This document shows, in pieces, positions 62,374 through 64,000 of a stretch of 64,000 nucleotides of DNA (its first letter is position 1; each line of letters starts with the position of its first letter). Under the pieces are notes generated by a model. It saw only the letters and a program-made list of their open reading frames with translations. It made no database searches and had not been told where the DNA came from. Source of the DNA: a virus. Taxonomy: Duplodnaviria > Caudoviricetes. The stretch is from positions 18,930 to 82,929 of the IMG/VR virus record IMGVR_UViG_2565956830_000005. One strand, given 5' to 3'. Both the position numbers and the translations under genes were made by a program.

Positions 62374-63407
62374 TGCTCACCCCGGGCGCCCTGCGGGACG
62401 GTCACGGCGTGCGCTGCGTCGGTCGCGGTGAGCGGGCCGCTGTTCATGACGATCGAGCCGAGCGGGTAGACGGGCCCGTCGGTGCCGCGCAGGAGCAGGA
62501 GCGGCATGCCGCCGTCCTGGCGGTGACCGAGGAAGAGCCAGGTGTTCCCGTGCCGGTCGACCTGACCGCGGCTCAAGTCGTACATCCGGCCCCACAGGTA
62601 GAACGGCTCCCTGGCCGCCTGCTCTGCTTCGTGGAGCAGGTGCGGGACGTCGTGCGCGGTGAGGTGGACGGGGGCGCCGTTGATCTGTCCGGCGGCGAGC
62701 TGTGCGTTTTCGACCGTGCGGGTGGCCACGTTGGGGGGCGCGCCGATCGCGTCGAGCCAGTACTCCCAGTCGCGCAGCGAGTGCGCCCGGATGACGACGG
62801 TGACGCGGTCGCGGTCGGGAGCGATCTCCGTGAGGTCGAGGCGCCCGGCGTGCTGGAGCTGCAGGGTCGCTGCCACGGTCACGGCATGCGCGCACGCGGC
62901 CTCCCAGCCGGCTGTTCCCTCGGCCCGGGGATTCGTCTGCCGGGCGGCGGCAGGCCGGATTTCCGGGGCCTGCCCGTTCACCCGCTCCACTGTCAGACGT
63001 TGCACCACGGCGCGTTCGAGGCGGGGCGCGACAGGCAGGACAACGGCGCCGCGGGCAGCCGGGCTGAGCGGCCCCCGGCCTGGGCCCGGCTCGGGTTGCG
63101 GTCCGGGCCGCGGTTCGCCGTCGCCGCCGAGCAGCCCCTTGCGGCGCAGCGCGGTCGCGACGCGTACGGCAACCTCGCTCGGGTATCCGCACTCGTCGAC
63201 GATGGTGTCGACGGCCACCTGGTACACGTCGGGCAGGTTCCGGCGCGCTTCGACCTGCGTGCGCAGCCGCTTGAGGACGGCCGCGTCGCCGGCCTCCACC
63301 AGATGCCCCTGCGCCTGGAGGGCGGTGAAGAAGCCCTTGGCGTATTCGCCGAGCCGTTCGCCGAGCCGGGCAGCCAGCTGCGTTTCCAGTTCAGGTGTGG
63401 TCGTCAT
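62370..63407 (-). CDS. Conserved Streptomyces-phage multidomain protein (BN159_2729 / phiSA1p31-like)
   Basis: VTVVIRAHSLRDWEYWL and YDLS...DRHGNTW...MPLL...GPL motifs; ATGA overlap. Confidence 0.6.
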   Translation of the reverse strand: MTTTPELETQLAARLGERLGEYAKGFFTALQAQGHLVEAGDAAVLKRLRTQVEARRNLPDVYQVAVDTIVDECGYPSEVAVRVATALRRKGLLGGDGEPRPGPQPEPGPGRGPLSPAARGAVVLPVAPRLERAVVQRLTVERVNGQAPEIRPAAARQTNPRAEGTAGWEAACAHAVTVAATLQLQHAGRLDLTEIAPDRDRVTVVIRAHSLRDWEYWLDAIGAPPNVATRTVENAQLAAGQINGAPVHLTAHDVPHLLHEAEQAAREPFYLWGRMYDLSRGQVDRHGNTWLFLGHRQDGGMPLLLLRGTDGPVYPLGSIVMNSGPLTATDAAHAVTVPQGARGEQ

Positions 63408-64000
63408 GCCGCTGCCCCCCTGTAGGCCCTTCGGAGCGAGTCGATGGCCCGGAACTGAAGCTGTTTGACCGCGCCGGGGGTGACGCCGAAGACGTCGGCT
63501 GTCTCCGAGAGCGACATCTCGTCCAGGAACCGCAGCCGGAGGACCTCCTGCTGCCGCGGCAGCAGGCCGCCGAGGGCGGTGAGCAGGTCGGCTTCGTCGA
63601 GCGCGGCGAGCACGGTGTCCTCGGCGGTGCCGGCGGGGGCTCCCCAGGCGTCCTCGACGTCGCGCATGTCGCCGACGTAGTGCAGGCGCTTGGTGGAGGC
63701 CCCTTTGTAGTGGTCGGCCACGGCGTTCCGGGCGATCGCGCAGAACCAGGCCCCGATCGGTGCCCCGGTCCACCTGAAGGTGTCGATCTTCTTGAAGGCC
63801 TTGAGGAAGACATCGGCGGTGAGGTCCTCGGCGACCGGGTGGTTCCAGGAGACGCGCTTGAGGATGTAGCCGAAGATGTCGTCGTGGTTCGCCCTGTAGA
63901 GCTCGGCGAACGCGCTCGGGTCGCCTTGCTGAGCGCGGGTGATGAGGGCTGGTTCTCTCGTATCGCCGGACCGTGGTGCGGCGTTAGCCTCAGTGATCAA
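63404..64000 (-). CDS. ECF sigma factor, BldN-like (start at or beyond the window edge)
   Basis: RAQQGD..AF..LY...AEDLTADVFLKA...TFRW.G...GAW...IARN.VADHYK...Q.EVLRLRF...S..ETA.V.G...GAVKQLQFRA. Confidence 0.9.
   Translation of the reverse strand: MITEANAAPRSGDTREPALITRAQQGDPSAFAELYRANHDDIFGYILKRVSWNHPVAEDLTADVFLKAFKKIDTFRWTGAPIGAWFCAIARNAVADHYKGASTKRLHYVGDMRDVEDAWGAPAGTAEDTVLAALDEADLLTALGGLLPRQQEVLRLRFLDEMSLSETADVFGVTPGAVKQLQFRAIDSLRRAYRGAAA

Larger units (their letters stand above)
1..64000 (-). mobile_element. Streptomyces-type temperate phage or prophage (interior segment)
   Basis: terS-terL-portal, densely overlap-coupled small genes, no host housekeeping genes. Confidence 0.92.

Overview
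High-GC actinobacterial (Streptomyces-like) temperate phage or prophage interior, with almost all genes on the minus strand. No att site, capsid, tail-tube or lysis genes fall in the window. Read right to left in the direction of transcription, there are four blocks. (1) A long early operon (64000-37270): BldN-like ECF sigma factor, WhiB, HTH replication initiator, DNA methyltransferase, Nudix, a second sigma-like protein, a tyrosine recombinase with zinc-finger tail, an RLIG1/DUF5565-type RNA ligase, a Thg1-like protein and many small hypotheticals. (2) A short plus-strand island (33600-37220): HTH, GIY-YIG, DUF6221, a LexA-boxed DUF6233 gene and a membrane moron. (3) A second leftward operon (33433-18321) starting at a perfect 57-bp palindrome. 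It holds a surface-glycan cassette (nucleotide-sugar dehydrogenase, an unannotated 38-aa LAXTG sortase-signal micropeptide, membrane GT2, TerD, lipoprotein) and a plasmid-spread-like membrane module (DUF2637 protein, small membrane proteins, a membrane-anchored winged-helix protein followed by 8-bp direct repeats). (4) Morons, a putative late switch, a putative virion appendage module, then terminase small and large subunits and portal. All family assignments come from motif recognition by eye, not from database searches, and many start codons were re-picked using RBS and stop/start overlaps.
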